DNA of 64,000 nucleotides from Leucoraja ocellata. Lineage: Eukaryota. The notes under the pieces were generated by a model, which saw nothing but the letters and a program-made list of their open reading frames with translations, was not told the DNA's origin and searched no databases. Both the position numbers and the translations under genes were made by a program. The DNA is taken from positions 9,486,001 to 9,550,000 of the forward strand of contig JAWMAR010000013.1 of the NCBI GenBank assembly GCA_036785375.1. Direction: 5' to 3'. Positions 27,505 through 42,144 of the stretch are shown in pieces (positions within the stretch are counted from its first letter, which is position 1; every line of letters starts with the position of its first letter).

Positions 27505-27690
27505 ACAACATGCTGAAGTAACTCAGCGGGTCAGGCAGCATCTCTGGAGAACATGGATAGGCGACGTTTCGGGTCTTTGACGCGAAACGTCAAATATCCA
27601 TGTTCTTTGGAGATGCTGCCTGACCCGCTGAGTTACTCCAGCACTTTGTGCCTTCGTTTGTAAACCAGCATGTGCAGTTCTTTGTTTCTA
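27505..27690. mobile_element. Fold-back element, hammerhead family
   Basis: Inverted arms aactcagcgggtcaggcagcatctc / gagatgctgcctgacccgctgagtt; GAAACGTC in both arms. Confidence 0.75.
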
Positions 27691-28431
27691 AAATATTCCC
27701 AATTTTCAGGGCTAATGGGGTTGTGACGTATTGTCGGCGAATTTTACTCAAAGGAATGTATTTTGGAGGCAGTGCAGAGTGCAGGACCACCATGTCGTAC
27801 TTTTAGCACTCCTGATCAGGGATTGAACTTGTTTCCCTGCAGACCTGGCACTTGAGAAGGGCCAAGCGTTGGACTTGACCAACAAAAGTGACTTGAGGAT
27901 ATATGTTCTGCTTTCCTAGCAGACATTTCCAATTGGGTTTTGTATTAACAGGTTTTATATGAATAAAGGGATGCTATTTTAAATATTACAACTCTCTGAA
28001 GCTTATGAATTATAATCCTGTTGTTTCCATCTTAAAGGAGCTCTGTGTGTTGCACAGTGGTGATGAACAGATAAGGAATGTGTGACATTCAGGCGAGCAG
28101 AGACAACGGCATGAGATAAGGATGTATCCAAGTAATAGTAAACCTCTCTGATCATGTAAAAGCCATAGATTAACATTTATTTTTAAATCCATGAGCATCA
28201 AATGCATCAGTGCAAGCAAGCACAGGTAGTCTAAATAAACCAATAAATGAACAGCACAGTTTTCATGCCCTGAGGACAAGCCAAAGTGGAAATGTCACAC
28301 ACTAGAGGTCAAAGCTTGAAGCTGAGAGGTAGAATGTGTAATGGAGACTTTCTAAAGCAAGCTTTCTACACAAAAATTAGCTGGTGTTTGAAATATGCTG
28401 CCAGAGAAGGTGATAGAAGCAGATACAATAG

Positions 28432-29485
28432 TGGGCGGCACAGTGATGCAACAGTAGAGTTGCTGCCTTACAGCGCCAGGGACCCGAGTTGGATCCTGAC
28501 TACAGATGCGTGTGTGTACGGAGTTTGTACATTCTCCCCATGACCTGCGTGGGTTTTCTCTGAGATCTCCGATTTCCTCGCAAAGATGTGTCCTCCAAAG
28601 ATGTAGATTAAATGGTTTGGTATAATTGTAAATTGTCCCTAGTGTATGCAGGATCGTGTTATGGGCCTGTCCCACTTGTGCGACTGCAGGAGACTATGCA
28701 GTCGCTACATGTTCGCGGATGGTTGCCGAGGAGTCGTCTTCAGAGTTAGGAGGAGTTCCCACATTCTGGGAACTAGTCGCGGCCTCATTATGGTCGCTGA
28801 GAATTTTTCAACATGTTGAAAAATTAGCGGCGACTAGAATGAAGCCGTCATGGAGAGTAGCGAGATTTGTTGTGCCGTAGGTGGGTCGCCAGGTGGTTGA
28901 AGGTTTTCTTAGGTTCTCGTAGGTTGTAGCCGGTGCTGACCGGTGAATTTCATTGGCTCATTGGGGATAAAAAAACGTAAGCAGTAGTTTTCAGAACCAA
29001 GGATAACCAACCGGTAATGTTAAATGTTCGCCGAACTTCACAGCTGTGTATCTCTGGCCTCTTAAAAGTTGTCTGGCTGCTTAAAAGTTGCTTCCACTCC
29101 TTCTTCCTCCTTCTTTCCCCCCCCCCCCCCCCCATTTTAAAGGACTTACTGTGCTAGCCGTCTTAATTACAGCGCCAACCTTCCTGTTCATCACGGTGTG
29201 TGTCTGTGTCACCTTGGCTTTGCACCGTGTGAATTTCCCACAGCGCTCCCCCCCGCTTGCCCTGGCCCCCGCCTTTGCGTTGTGTTTGTGTGTGTTCCAC
29301 TCTGACAGTCGTCGTTCCAGTTGCTGGTTTTTCAGGCGACTGCCGTCAACTTAACAGTCACCGACAGTCGCCTGAAAAATCACCTAAGTGGGACAGGCCC
29401 ATTAGTGTGTGGGGATGGCTGGTTAGCACGGTCTTGGTGGGCCGAATGGCCTGTTTCCACGCTCTATCTTTAAACTAAACTAAAA
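28432..29485 (+). mobile_element. HE1-like SINE interrupted by a MITE
   Basis: Head gggcggcacagtgatgca, V-domain gtacggagtttgtacattctccc, tail ctaaactaaa. Confidence 0.85.
28662..29401. mobile_element. PIF/Harbinger-type MITE
   Basis: TIRs TGGGCCTGTCCCACTT...AAGTGGGACAGGCCCA; TTA duplicated at 28659-28661 and 29402-29404. Confidence 0.85.
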
Positions 29486-29779
29486 AAGCAGTGTACAAGA
29501 GGCAGTAGCAGGGGTACATAAACAGACAGGGAATGGAGGGATTTTGACACGTACAGTTTAAATGTGCATCATTTGAAGATGTTGCTCCTATACTGTATTG
29601 TTTTATGTTAAGCGATTTACTTCCACTGAATTACTTTTGAAGCAGTTGACATTTTAAAGCTAAATTTGCACAAATAGTCACACATAATGAGGACAATGTT
29701 TTCTTTGGTTGCTATTTTGAGGTTATTACTTGGGAATGTTTCTAGGGCGGGAAAAAAATAATGTTGCTGTTCAGGAAAA

Positions 29780-29955
29780 TGCATTGGGAACGTTTTTCAT
29801 TCACTTGAACAAGCAGTCAATGCCTATATCTACAGCATTTGACAGTGCTGCAGTGTCTTTGTGTTGCTTTCAGATATCAGACAAGATTATGCTGAGGTCC
29901 TGAAGTGGGAATTGAACTTGCAATCTTCTTGTTCAGTGGTGACAATTCTCTCAGT
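29780..29955 (-). mobile_element. Ancient Deu-domain SINE remnant
   Basis: gacagtgctgcag...gattatgctgaggtcctgaagtgggaattgaacttgcaatcttct resembles SacSINE1-type sequence as recalled. Confidence 0.45.
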
Positions 29956-30887
29956 AAAACCCTAAAGCAGATGCAAACCTCTTCTCACTCGCTGCACACG
30001 ATCCACATGTACTATTCTGTTTGAAAGTGAGCCCTAGAGAAGAACAGCCAGTTATTTTCCAGGAGAACGTAACCCCTGAACCAAATAACTTAAAAATACA
30101 TCCTTTTCCAAATGACAAAATATTATACTTCAGTCTAGTGTTTCCTGATTTGAATTCAGATGCTTCCTCTCAATATGTTTAGCTTTTGAAAGCTCAGATT
30201 GGGTTCCATGCAGGCTTTCAGTGTACGATTAAAATTGATGGATGAGCATGCCACTCGGTCAAGAATTGGATAAAATAACCCAAACCTTCTGCTATCAAGA
30301 GGATAGAATAGCAAGCAGCTGCAGTTAATAAAAGCTTTCCCGTAGATATTTTGTGTATTGAATATAAATTTGACAGATTATAAAATTGGTGCAAGGGTTT
30401 TCAACCTTAGCAGAAATGCATGTAATTCACAACATGCTTGCCCACCCATATAGTCCAATCATTTTATGTGTTGATTTTCTGCACATTTAAAATGCCTATG
30501 TCAACATTTGGGTCAGAACATATATTATAATTAATAACTAATACAATATTTTCAGTTATATTATTTCAATGTTTTTATTTTCAATACATTTGGGTTTAAT
30601 TTTATTGAGATTTTATTTGAGTGCAATTCAGTAGGGGAAAAAAGTGTGGAGTGTATTATTAAAATAAGGTGATTGGAAACAAAAAAACATTCTGTACTTT
30701 TGTTCATGAGAATAATGTTGATTTTGCAGTGTAGCATTTAATTGATTTTAGAATGAATGTTTTTAACTATGACATTTTTGACTCCACCATGTTTCTCTCC
30801 GGCAACTTGTTGCTGTTCTGTGACAGTGGGAATATTGGAAGCTTATGACTAAACTTGTGAACCGAGCACGACAATAATGTTATAATT

Positions 30888-30987
30888 AAAAAAAAAACAC
30901 AAAGTGCCCGAGTAACTCAGCGGGTCAGGCAGTATCCCCGGAGAACATGGACAGGTGACGTTTCCGCGCGAGACCCCTCTTGAAACC
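30888..30987 (-). mobile_element. Single-arm hammerhead-family repeat
   Basis: Arm gagtaactcagcgggtcaggcag...ggtgacgtttc; 11-bp TSD ATGTTATAATT/ATGTTATAGTT at 30877-30887 and 30988-30998. Confidence 0.7.
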
Positions 30988-31983
30988 ATGTTATAGTTGT
31001 TTTAGTCACCGTTATGAACACCTGCCTTTTAAAAATCTCTGTCACGCTCTACAGCTGAGTTACATGATCTCTGCTGGTTTGTTGTATGTGCATGTTCTCT
31101 TAATACAGCAATTTGCACCTGTAGACAGTTAGAGGCTGAAACAAACTGAATAATTTCACTGGCAGCCAGGTCATCAGCAGGTGTGGTAAATTAAAATAAT
31201 TATAAGCAGTTGGAAAATGCCTTTAGAGAATTTGGATTCCTTTATACAACTTAAATTGAGCAGATGTGCATTTTTTAAATGATTTATTTGAAGGGAACAG
31301 TGTGTAAACAAGGAAATAAGAATGGTCACACAAAGGAGAGATGAATGCCACCCTGGGGAGATGCAGTGAGCTGTGCTGGAGTGAGCATTCATTGTAACAG
31401 TGCCGAGAAACCAAAAGGGCAGTGCAGTGTGGGGTTAATGCAGTGTTAAGTATCATGGAGAAGGCAGAATTGCCCTCCGTCCGATCTCTCCTGAAGCACT
31501 GCAAAATCGATTCTGAAGGGCACCAGAACAAGTCTCTCCACAGGCACATTGCCTCCTTGCCGATGATTCCCACAGAAAAGCAGACTGTGAATATAATTTT
31601 AGTACAATATAGATTGAAAGCCACAACCTTCGTAGCCGGGAACTATGTTGCTTGCACAATTTAAAGAGATAAATTGTAAAGCTGCCTTTGAGGATCTAAT
31701 CATGTTACATTCATAAAGTGCCTCAATGCAGTTTAATGGTTCTTTTCAGTTCCATATTCAATTATTGGTTGTTCCTTTATTAGCTGGTGTTATTTTTGTA
31801 TCACTTTTTTTTTTGCTCCTTGAGTGAATAATGCAGATTTTATAAACTCATTTAATATGAGTGTTGATTGTATATTGTGGTTTTTGACGGAAGTGGGGGA
31901 AAATGTATTATCCTGCACATAATGTATTCCAACTTTAATTTGATTCACGATTAATCAATTTACTTACTCAATAAAAGTTGTAA

Positions 31984-32217
<234 letters not shown>

Positions 32218-32882
32218 TGAATGTATTCCAAAGGAACGTGTTTGCTCAAATTTAAAAATAATGGAAGTATATTGGTGAAGCTGATTTGAAGCCTTTGCTC
32301 AGTGTGAATCTTCAAGCTAAGCCAAGACATGAATCAACTATGTAGGCTGATGATTTCTATAAAACCAAAGGATGAGTTGTTACTGCTCCATCTCATTCAT
32401 TCTCTGATTTTAATATCATAGTTAATTAGCTGAAGAAATAAACAGATGAACAAAATAATGTAAACTTGCAAATGGTACTGAATTAACAGATTTCTTCACA
32501 TGAGTACATATGAAACACAATATAATTTGAGGTTGCACAGTTAGCTGACTATTCAAGCAACTCCTGAATTAAACATTTGCAAAGTTTAAAATGGTAATAT
32601 AGTCTAATTAAACAGAAATTCTTGCTAATATTTTTCGTTTAGCTCCAGATTTTAATTTCATACAGCAACGTATAATCATGCCATTTCTGCCACAAGTACT
32701 GCTTCTAGCAATAGTCTCAGAGCTGCTTCTCTTAGGCAAGAAGTGTTGCTGGGCCATGTTGTTATTAGCTAATAATTTATTTTGGCTCCTTGTTTATACT
32801 GAAGCATTTAAGGTTCATATTTGTTTTGTGATTCTTTGGTAAGTGAATTTGGGGATTTGACTACAATGGGAATTGAATAATT

Positions 32883-33048
32883 AGACAAAAGGCCACAAAC
32901 GACTGGAGTAAGTCGGCGGGTCAGACAGTGTCCCTGGAGAACATCTGTGGGTGACGTTTGGGGTCGGGTCTTGACCCAAAACCGGCCGAGTTACTCCAGC
33001 AGTTTGTGTCCTTTTGTGGAAACCAGCATCTGTAATTCTTTGCTTTTA
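32883..33048. mobile_element. Fold-back element, hammerhead family (internally deleted)
   Basis: Inverted arms ctggagtaagtcggc / gccgagttactccag; flanked by GAATTGAAT repeats. Confidence 0.65.
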
Positions 33049-34639
33049 AGAATTGAATTTAACATTTCCTGGAGTGGGAGGTTTTCAAGTGCTGGTATGT
33101 CATCAGATTCGAAAGTTCCAGTGAGGATGCATACTTGATGAAAGAAGGTATCCTGACCTTGCTTTTTCTTGCAAAATAATCTCTATTTAATGATTTATCT
33201 TTAACTTATACACTGGAATTAAAATAATTTAAAGAAAACCTGATGTTATAGTTCAGGTAATCAGAGGCATCTGAGAAACATGATCTGTGTTCTGACTTGT
33301 GAGACTGACCATAGCTCACTTGTGACTTTGTGCTCGTGAGTTACCCAGTCGGCCTTACTTATGGACATATATATCATATTTTACGACTGGCCATGACAGC
33401 TACTCTATTTATACCTATCAAGGTGCTTGCTAGGTGTCACGAGTATTGAGTTTGCTTCTAAACTCAGAGTGATAGAATATGTTGGTTAAGGTGACACAAA
33501 CAGTGATCCTGGACGACTGAGTCTTGCATATCAATATTACAGCTCATAATATATTTATCATAATGTGGCTGAGGGTTAAATGGATTGTGCTTTAACTATT
33601 CATGGCTTCTGTTCTATTTTTGACATAATGATCAACTTAACCTCCAGAGGAACTTTCAGAAGCATAATTAGAAACCAGCTTGAGGTTAACTAATTAATTA
33701 ATATTATTCCAATTGTTTCAACTGAGGTTTGAAAGAATCATCTGTGAAAGATGTACTGAAAAGTTAATTTCTGCTGAGTGAATAAGCCATTTCTATTAAA
33801 TTTTATTCATTAATCTTGTGTATTTGCTTAATGGAAATGATGTGAAATTGTGTTACATCTTTGGTTTAGTCCATAAGCTATTCTTTTGCAAGGGAGAGTT
33901 TTAAAAGCGGAATTAATCTACAATACTACTCTGCTAATAGGAAGGCCTGCTGATTGAGATGTTATTTTCTTCAACTTGATGCTGTTTGCAAATGTTTTGT
34001 GTTAGAGCAGAAGTTTCCTGGAAATTAATATTGCTGAAAGGGTAGGCATTAACCAACATTATAGAAATGTTATAAATCTAAAGTTGACAGTGTTGAAACT
34101 TGGAGCTGGTTTCGTAAGTGTTTGGGCAAGTAAAAACAAATTTAGTCAATTAACAGCTAAGAATATAACTTTGAACTTCACCCGATTCAAACCGTTTATA
34201 AAGGAGAAAAGAACAAATTTGCTCCGACAGCAAAGTGTAAAATTCTTCTTTGTGATTCTTTGGTGAGGAAGCAAATTTAATGAAAGAGACTGCACTAATT
34301 TATTAATCTTACTTTTCCTTTCAAAATGATCCCTATTAATTGATGTGTGGATGACTGAATATAGTTGTCTCTGGTTATAATGAAAGCCCTGCATGTGGTG
34401 ATACTGATTTTTGATAAGCAAAACAAAAAGATATATATTGTTAATTATAACAGAATTCATGATTATGTTGTGTATGTGGAGTAAGTTAGAAAAATATTCT
34501 CAATAGAACATGAGGAATAAGACGGCGCAAGCCAGGGTCCTGTGAACAATTAGTAAGATCATCACTTTCCTCCCAAATCCTCATCCATGCATTCCAATGA
34601 AATCTAAAAATCTGCCATTCATGGTCTTCAATATTCTCT

Positions 34640-34958
34640 ATGTTTAGTGTAATTTAGTTTATAAATCAGCGTGGAAACACCGTTCTGCCCTTTGAGTCCA
34701 CACCGTTCATCGATTACCCATATGCTGATTCTATGTTATCCTATGTTCGCATCCTACACAATTGGGGTAATTTACAGAAGCCAATTAACCTACAAACTTG
34801 CACGTCTGTGGAATGTGGGAGGGAAATGGAGCACCTAGAGAAAACCCATACGGTCACAGAATGTACAAACTCCACACAGATAGCACCCGTAGTCAGAATC
34901 CAACCTGGGTCTCTGGCGCTATGAGGCAGCAGATCTACCGTTGCTCCACTATGCCACA
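34640..34958 (-). mobile_element. HE1-like SINE
   Basis: Homologous to the copy at 60143-60447. Confidence 0.8.
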
Positions 34959-37679
34959 CAATGATTGGGTATTCATAAAATTCGAAAGACTTTCAGCCCT
35001 GCGTGTGAAGAAAGTCCTTCTGACCTCAGTCCAAAAAGTCTGGCTCCTTAACCTGAAGCTGTTGCGTAGTAGTAAAGTTACTGGACTACGGTCCAGAGAC
35101 AGAGGTTTAGTATTTTTTAAATTTCCTCTCTTTTACCAGAAATGCTTTATATCTGATGTCTCCTACAGAGAAAAATACAAAATTCTTCTGTAATGTAACA
35201 GCCATTTTGGCATTCAAGCACTTTGAATGAACCATGCTTACCCTCATTATAGGAACTTCTCTAATATATTTTCACATTTCCTGCTAGCTTACTCAGACAT
35301 TCAATTTTTCAATATTTTGGTCTACTTTGCTTATTTTAACATTGTCCCAATCCTCAGGCTCAGCACTCCTACTTGTAACATTATAAGCTCTTTTAATCTC
35401 ATCCTATCCCTAATTACTTCATTTAGCAAAGGGTGAAGTACTTTTCCACTAGAGCTTTAATTTCTTGAGGGAATATAATCTTGCTAAGAATTTTCAATTA
35501 TTTCTTCCTACTCAGCGCACATTTGTAGAGATTAATTTTTGTGCGCCATTTTTTAAATGCAGTAAAGCTTTTTTTTTTGTGGCAGAGTTACATGCAGCCA
35601 TAGATTCAAATATGCATTTAGTACAATGATGTGGGTCAAATTCCCTCTGTAAGGTGAACGATTAGTGTTTTTTATGTCTTGTTGTTTAAGATCTTTAATG
35701 ATTATATTTTGATTCTCCCATATGAAGGCTTCTTTAATTAAAGGATATTTTTTTTGATGAACAGATAGCCTAAAATGAATATTCTAACTGTTCTCATGCA
35801 ATTCTTCCTTATAATAATGATTAAAGTAACATAGTGGAAGTGTGAGCAAATGCACCATCGACTAAATTGTGCATGATTGTAATGGAGATAGTGGGAATGC
35901 TTCCCTCAAATAAGTGATCATAGTGAGAGAGTCCCACAGTGCCCTGCCACTCTAACCTGCCAGCTGCGGTTCGTAACACATTATTTGATGGAGAGGCTTG
36001 CAAAGGTAAACTGCTTTGGTAAGGGAAAATGAATCTTTAGCCCCATCCATAACTACCATCGTTTTGGTAAAGAGTTGAATTGCAGATGTTGCATTTTATA
36101 TGCATGCACACTTTACTCGTCTCTGAGACCTGTACCTTGCACCCACCCTTCTGTTTGATGCACTACACACATCTACCTATGTTCGCAATCAGACGTGCAA
36201 CCCTCCCACCAGTTATGGACTCCTTCTGCGTGTGCATGTAGCCACCTTATGCATGTGCAGATTCACCTAAGCGCACACCTTAGAGTTCTTCAGATTTCAA
36301 AACCCAGCTGGTATAGCATTCACAAGGTTCAAATAAACCAACAAACTGTTAAGATTAATGAAAAATCGTAGTACAGACAGATCATTAGAGAACACCAATA
36401 AACATTAAAAACCAAAACACTGAACTCCCTCTGTATCACGCACATTATTTATGACTCCCTCACTAATAGAGAAGCTATAAAAGACCCTGTCGATAACAAG
36501 CTGTGTGGATGGCTCCCATGTACAGCATGGTAGCTTATCTACAGTAATTACTAATAGAACCACAAAACAGTGCAGAATTTTAGCTGTGTGTTTCTGTTTG
36601 CTAGATACTGGATGAGATAAAAGCAACAAAGCTAAAGAATACATTTTTATGAAATGCCCAGTAGTATTTAAACACCTTCTGAAAATTTATTGGGATAAAA
36701 GTCACTAAAAAATACAATTTTATTTTGTGGAGAAAGCATTAAGCCAACAAAATGTGTCCCTTTTCTTGAAAGTGCAGTAACTATTTATTTTTTTAAATCT
36801 TAGCAGATAACGCAGACATATTTCAAGAAAAATCACTAGCATCTTACACAGTGCCCTTTATTCTTGATCAAATTAGAGACTGACGGCTCAAGTTCAAGGG
36901 AGACCTACATCAAGAGTTGCTGCAAACTATCATGTCTGCTGTGTTCTGGCTGCAGATAAACTACCTCATCTGTTCCACAGACATTCAGCCAGTGAGGAAA
37001 AATGCTTTCAACAGAACCAGATGAGTGTCTTGCAGTGTCAGAAACAGTGAATATTTATACTACAGGAGACAGTGGAAATAAGAAAATATACAACCTCACT
37101 ACAGCTCCAGTATAATTTGTTACCGTCTAATTCTATATTTTAACCAACAATTTGCATGTTCTTTTTTTTAAATCCCCTTCTTGAATGCTCAGGCAAATAT
37201 AAAAAAGTCTATTTTGCTTTTTCGGTGTACTTTTCTTCGATTAGATTCTGGTTAAAATGCATATTAGAATATGGTGGGGAAACAGAAGCGTTTGTCAGTG
37301 ATGGGTTATTTCTCAACACATTTCATCTTCGTACAGGGGATGACTTCATGCACTGATAGTTACTGTCAGCACAAGAGGTCTTTACAGATACAAAATCCGA
37401 TCCAATACACAATAAAACTACAACGTTAAACAATGTTAATTATAAAAATATAGCATGCACCAGGCAGTGAAGCCTAAACTTGGGGCAGACATGGCAACTG
37501 AATTCATTCCAGCTCTGTTCTTATGATTCATGGCATCAGCATTTTCACGAGATTCACTATAATAGTGTGATGATAATATTGCTGCATGAATAATTCATAA
37601 GGTCTCGACTAATAATCTAGAGTGAGTGTTTAAGTCCCATCAATTGACTTTGAATTAAGTTTTCAACGATGGTGGTCAT

Positions 37680-37940
37680 GAACATAGAAGATAGAACAGT
37701 ACAGCACAAGAACAGCCCCTTCGGCCCACTATGTCTGGACTATCATACATTTCCCTGCACATAACCATTATCCCTCCATTCCCTGCATGTGCTTAACCAA
37801 AAGTTTCTTAAATGCCACTATGGTATCTGCTTCAACCAGCACCCCTGGCAGCGTGTTTCAGGCACTCATCACCTTCTGTGTAAAAAAACAAAAACAAATT
37901 TGCTGTGCACATCTCCTTTAAAATGTGTCCTCTCACCCTA
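37680..37940 (-). mobile_element. CR1 3' fragment
   Basis: aacatagaa...acagcacaagaacagcccttcggccc tail. Confidence 0.7.
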
Positions 37941-39559
37941 AATATCATACAAATCCAGCTAATTTATTCATTCCCATGCTGCCCTTACCCAGTCTGACTC
38001 CAGGCCCATTTTCTAGTTAAATGACTCCTAACTGTCCCTTGGAATAGTCTGGAAAATTCAATTGTAGTGGTTCAAGAAAATGATCTGAATACTCTAGTAT
38101 GTGGCAATAAAATTGACTTTTCAGAAAAGGTGTGTCTTGAGATTGAATTAAGAACAGTACAGCTTTGACAAACCATCATTGCAGGAGTCAGCATCGTGAA
38201 TATTCCATGTCCTATCTTTCATCGCAAATATACCCGCCTGTAAATCGGGAGACCAGACCAGCACACAAGATTCTGGATGCAATCTCTCCGTGGCCATGAC
38301 TATACTCAACTAAATCAAAATGCTTTACAAATAAAATAATAAGTTGTTTATTTTCCAATCATTTGTGTACATTTATTGTAGCAGTTGAGAGTTTATACTT
38401 AAACAAAGTTGTTTGAATGTAAATGTTGCAGGTTTTGAGGATTTGTTGCAGTCAGACACATAAGTGTGACCAGAAATTGCTGTAGATGCTGAAGTGATCC
38501 AAAGACATCAAGTTAAAACATTTTGATTTCTGTTTATTTCTCCACTGATGCAACCAGACGATGTTTTTATTCCAGCATTTTCTCTCTTAATTTAATATTT
38601 TGAGATTTTGTAGTGTTTTGACACAAGTTTAATCATTTTACTTGGATTTTCTGTTACTATGGGCAATTATGAGGCTTAATTAAAAAAATGGCAATGACAA
38701 AAAGCTAAAGTCAACCTGCTTTTTCACTGCTAACAACAGTACTGAAGTGCATAGATTAAATCACTCTCGGAGTGTAAAAATATTTGAAAAGAATTGAGCA
38801 TTTCCAAGTGTTAGTAGAGCCCCATTTGCCTGTATTCCTGAACCTTCTGATCATGAGAGCAATAAATCTAAAAGGAATGGCCACCCTGTTTGATTTGGGG
38901 CTTTTAGTCAGTCAGGTTGCATTTGGGTCACTGATGCTTATAAATTGAACAGTTTCACGGGCAAAAGAACAAATAATTTAATGTTACAGAATCGCACTGT
39001 ACATAAAAGTAGTACCAGACTGCAATGTTGCAGGGCTCTAGACTAATTATCCATAATGCAAATTCAAATCCCATCAACAAAATTTGCATCTGCTTTTTGT
39101 AAAAATCTGAAAGTAATCATAAGCTGTCAGCTTGTGATGCATCCTGCTGGTTCACGAATTGTAGCAGAAAACATTCTGCCCGTAACCTGGTCTGACTCCA
39201 AGCCAGCACTATCATTAGTTGGATCTTTGGCATTGAAAATTATCCTTAGTTTCTTGCTGTAAACATTCAGTTTAATAATGACTGGGCATTGCAGTGCACT
39301 TCTAAGGTTTGGAAATATATATATATATATATTACAATTGAAATTTGGGAACTATAATAGTACAGCTGCTGCTGTATGGTTAGTGCTAGTGACTTTTGCC
39401 ACTTAAAATATATTTCCAGATTATATTTTGTTGACCACCATTCATGTTTGCTGTGTGATTAATTTGCACGTCCATTTTACCTCAAGGAAGTTTATATGCA
39501 TGAAAGATTGTAAAGATAGCAATTTGGTCTTTTCAGAAAAGCTTGGCCAGAGACTAGTG

Positions 39560-39814
39560 TAGTTTTGTGGTTTAGAGATACAGCGTGGACACAGGCCCAT
39601 CGAGTCCGCGCCGACCAGTATTCCTTGCACACTAACACAATCCTACACACATGAGGGATAATTTACAATTTTTGGAGTGTGGGAGGAAACTGGAGCTCCC
39701 GGAGAAAATCCACACGGTCATGGAGAATATACAAACTCCATACAGACAGTACCCGTAGTCAAGATTGAACCTGGGTCTCTGATGCTGTAAGGCAGCACCT
39801 CCACCACTGTGCCA
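39560..39814 (-). mobile_element. HE1-like SINE carrying the empty MITE target site
   Basis: Homologous to 995-1497 without the MITE; cacacTAAcacaatcctacac with TAA at 39633-39635. Confidence 0.85.
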
Positions 39815-40789
39815 TCTAACTGAATTGTTGGTAGCTTTGCTCAATCCCTGTAATTCATGTAACAAAGTGTGCACACAACAGCACCCTTCTGAATTGTTCA
39901 CATTGCCTGAAAATATGCCCACAGTAAGGCACCTGTTCCAGCAGAAAAAATGACTGGTTAATTAAAGGCACTGCAGTACCTTATTGTGCTACCCAACGGA
40001 GAAGATTAGATAACAACTTTTTTTTTATATAGTGTAGAGTCAGAATTCTGTTAGTTTAGATCAGAAAAATAATCGGTTTTATTCCAAGATTTCTAAAATT
40101 TATTTAAGCCAATTTTTAATTTATTTGTAATATAACAGAAGTGCTTGCCACAAGTTGACTCACTGACAACAGCTTCGGGAATTCTGTGTTAAATATACAA
40201 AATTGTCATGTGGCTAACAACTTGCCAATGTAATGACAATGCAGGCCAATAGTTTTGTTAACGTTACAGTCATAAAATTGGAACTGTAAGTCAGTTATCT
40301 AGAGAGAGATGAAATAAGTTGGTGGTTCAGGCATTGTTATTTACTGAAGTATTTACTTCCAAAGTCATAAATAACACAGAATGAAGCCATTCGGCATATC
40401 ATGCCTCAACAGGTTTAGAAAGAGATGCCCAAATTAATGTTGTATACAATTCTGCCATATCTCTCTGCTATTATAACTCGTCTATTTAATAAAGTATCAC
40501 AAAACGTTTTTTAACCACCTATTGACTTGTGGGACCGTCTTTTCAGGGTGTGTAAATGTATACTCCAAGGTCCCATTGCTTCTCCACATCCACTCATTAT
40601 TGTATAAGCTGTCTGAAAAGCAAAAACCATCGTTAAAAAAACATTGGAAATAAAAATAGAAAAAGTCATCTGTAACATTAACTCAGTTTTTGTCTCAGCA
40701 CGGCTACAGTTAGATCCAGCTGCATCTCCGGGGTTCTCTTTTATTTCTTATTTCCAGGAAGAGGCGTGTTTTACATCTTGCAGGCGCAA

Positions 40790-40982
40790 ATAGTTGAGGC
40801 CAGTTCATTGGCTATATTTAAGAGGGTTAGATGTGGCCCTTGTGGCTAAAGGGATCAGGGGGTATGGAGAGAAGGCAGGTACAGGATACTGAGTTGGATG
40901 ATCAGCCATGATCATATTGAATGGCAGTGCAGGCTCGAAGGACCGAATGGCCCACTACTGCACCTATTTTCTATGTTTCTAA
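40790..40982 (+). mobile_element. CR1 3' tail
   Basis: gatcagccatgatcatattgaatggc...ctcgaaggaccgaatggc...ctatgtttcta. Confidence 0.85.
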
Positions 40983-40999
40983 GTATTGTTTTTCCTGCT

Positions 41000-41302
41000 A
41001 CGCTGCCATCATTCATTTCTCTGTATCTACATTCCTCCAGATAGATCAGCTATGATCCATCTGCATTATCACCCTATCTTCAATGGCATGGACAACATTT
41101 GTTTTACCTGGACAACTTTGGTTTGCCACCCTGTCCCCGACATTCCTTTGTTCTTTCCACCTCTCCATTTTCTGCAAGTTAAAACCCACTTGTTTTCTCC
41201 ATTTTCCAGTTCTGATGACAGATCGTTGATCTGGAACTTTAACTTTCCTTCTATCTTCATAGATGCTGTGTGACCTGCTGAGTATTGCCAAGATTTTCTA
41301 TT
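41000..41302 (+). mobile_element. Older Penelope-like 3' remnant with hammerhead-like core
   Basis: Pyrimidine-rich body, then agtt-CTGATGA(41212-41218)-c-agatc-gtt-gatct-GGAAC-tttaact and gatgctgtgtgacctgctgagta. Confidence 0.6.
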
Positions 41303-41357
41303 TTTATTGTATATTCTATTATCTTATAACTTTATTGTATATTCTATTATCTTATAA
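41303..41357. repeat. Perfect tandem duplication (27 bp, period 28)
   Basis: TTTATTGTATATTCTATTATCTTATAA at 41303-41329 and 41331-41357. Confidence 0.9.
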
Positions 41358-41359
41358 GT

Positions 41360-42010
41360 TCATGACCCAACACTTCCCAGATTAAATTTGCCATTTTATG
41401 TCCAATTGAGCAGATCACCTCCATCTTCCAGAAGTCCAAATCTTTCCTTCTTATTGTTACCGCATAAATCATGCCTACTACATTTGGGTGTAAATCATGA
41501 ATATCTAATACATAAAATAAGGTACTTCAACTCCCTGTGAGACCTCACTACTAACAGTTTTCCAGTTACAAAAATCGGCATTTGCTAGTTTCTTGCCACT
41601 GAGCTGTTTTTGGATCCAATATGCCATTCTTTCATGGGCTATTTTGTTTTTGATCAGCCTGCCATGCGAGAGTTTGTCGGAAAGCTTACTAACATCCACA
41701 TAAACAACATGAAATATGTTGTACTCATCTATCCCCTTTTTACCCCCACATAAAATCCAGTCAAATCAGTTGGGCACACCCTGCCCTAAGCAAATCCCTT
41801 GATTAATCTTTGCCTCTGAAGGCTTCCTGTGCTTTCAAATGAATTCTAATAATTTTCCCATCCATGATCAAAATAACTGGGTTATGCTAGCTTGGTTTAA
41901 CCCTTCCTCCCTTTTTAAACAATGGTACAGAGTTAGCAAGTCTCCAATTGTCTGGCACACCTCCAGTAGCTGGAGAGGATTGAAAAATGGGCTTGCTGCA
42001 TCTTCTCCAC
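41360..42010 (-). mobile_element. Decayed CR1 reverse-transcriptase fragment
   Basis: Minus-strand MDVSKLSDKLSHGRLI...WKTVSSEVSQG resembles CR1 DFSKAFDKVPHGRL...VTSGVPQG. Confidence 0.65.
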
Positions 42011-42144
42011 TGACGTAGTGCTTGAGTTTTCTGGACTTAAATATTTTGTGCCCTATGGCTAAATAACCTAACTCTCTGTCCAGGTCGACACATGAAGAAC
42101 ACCCACTTAATGGAGTGTCAAGTACTTTCCAGTGCTCCCTAGTC

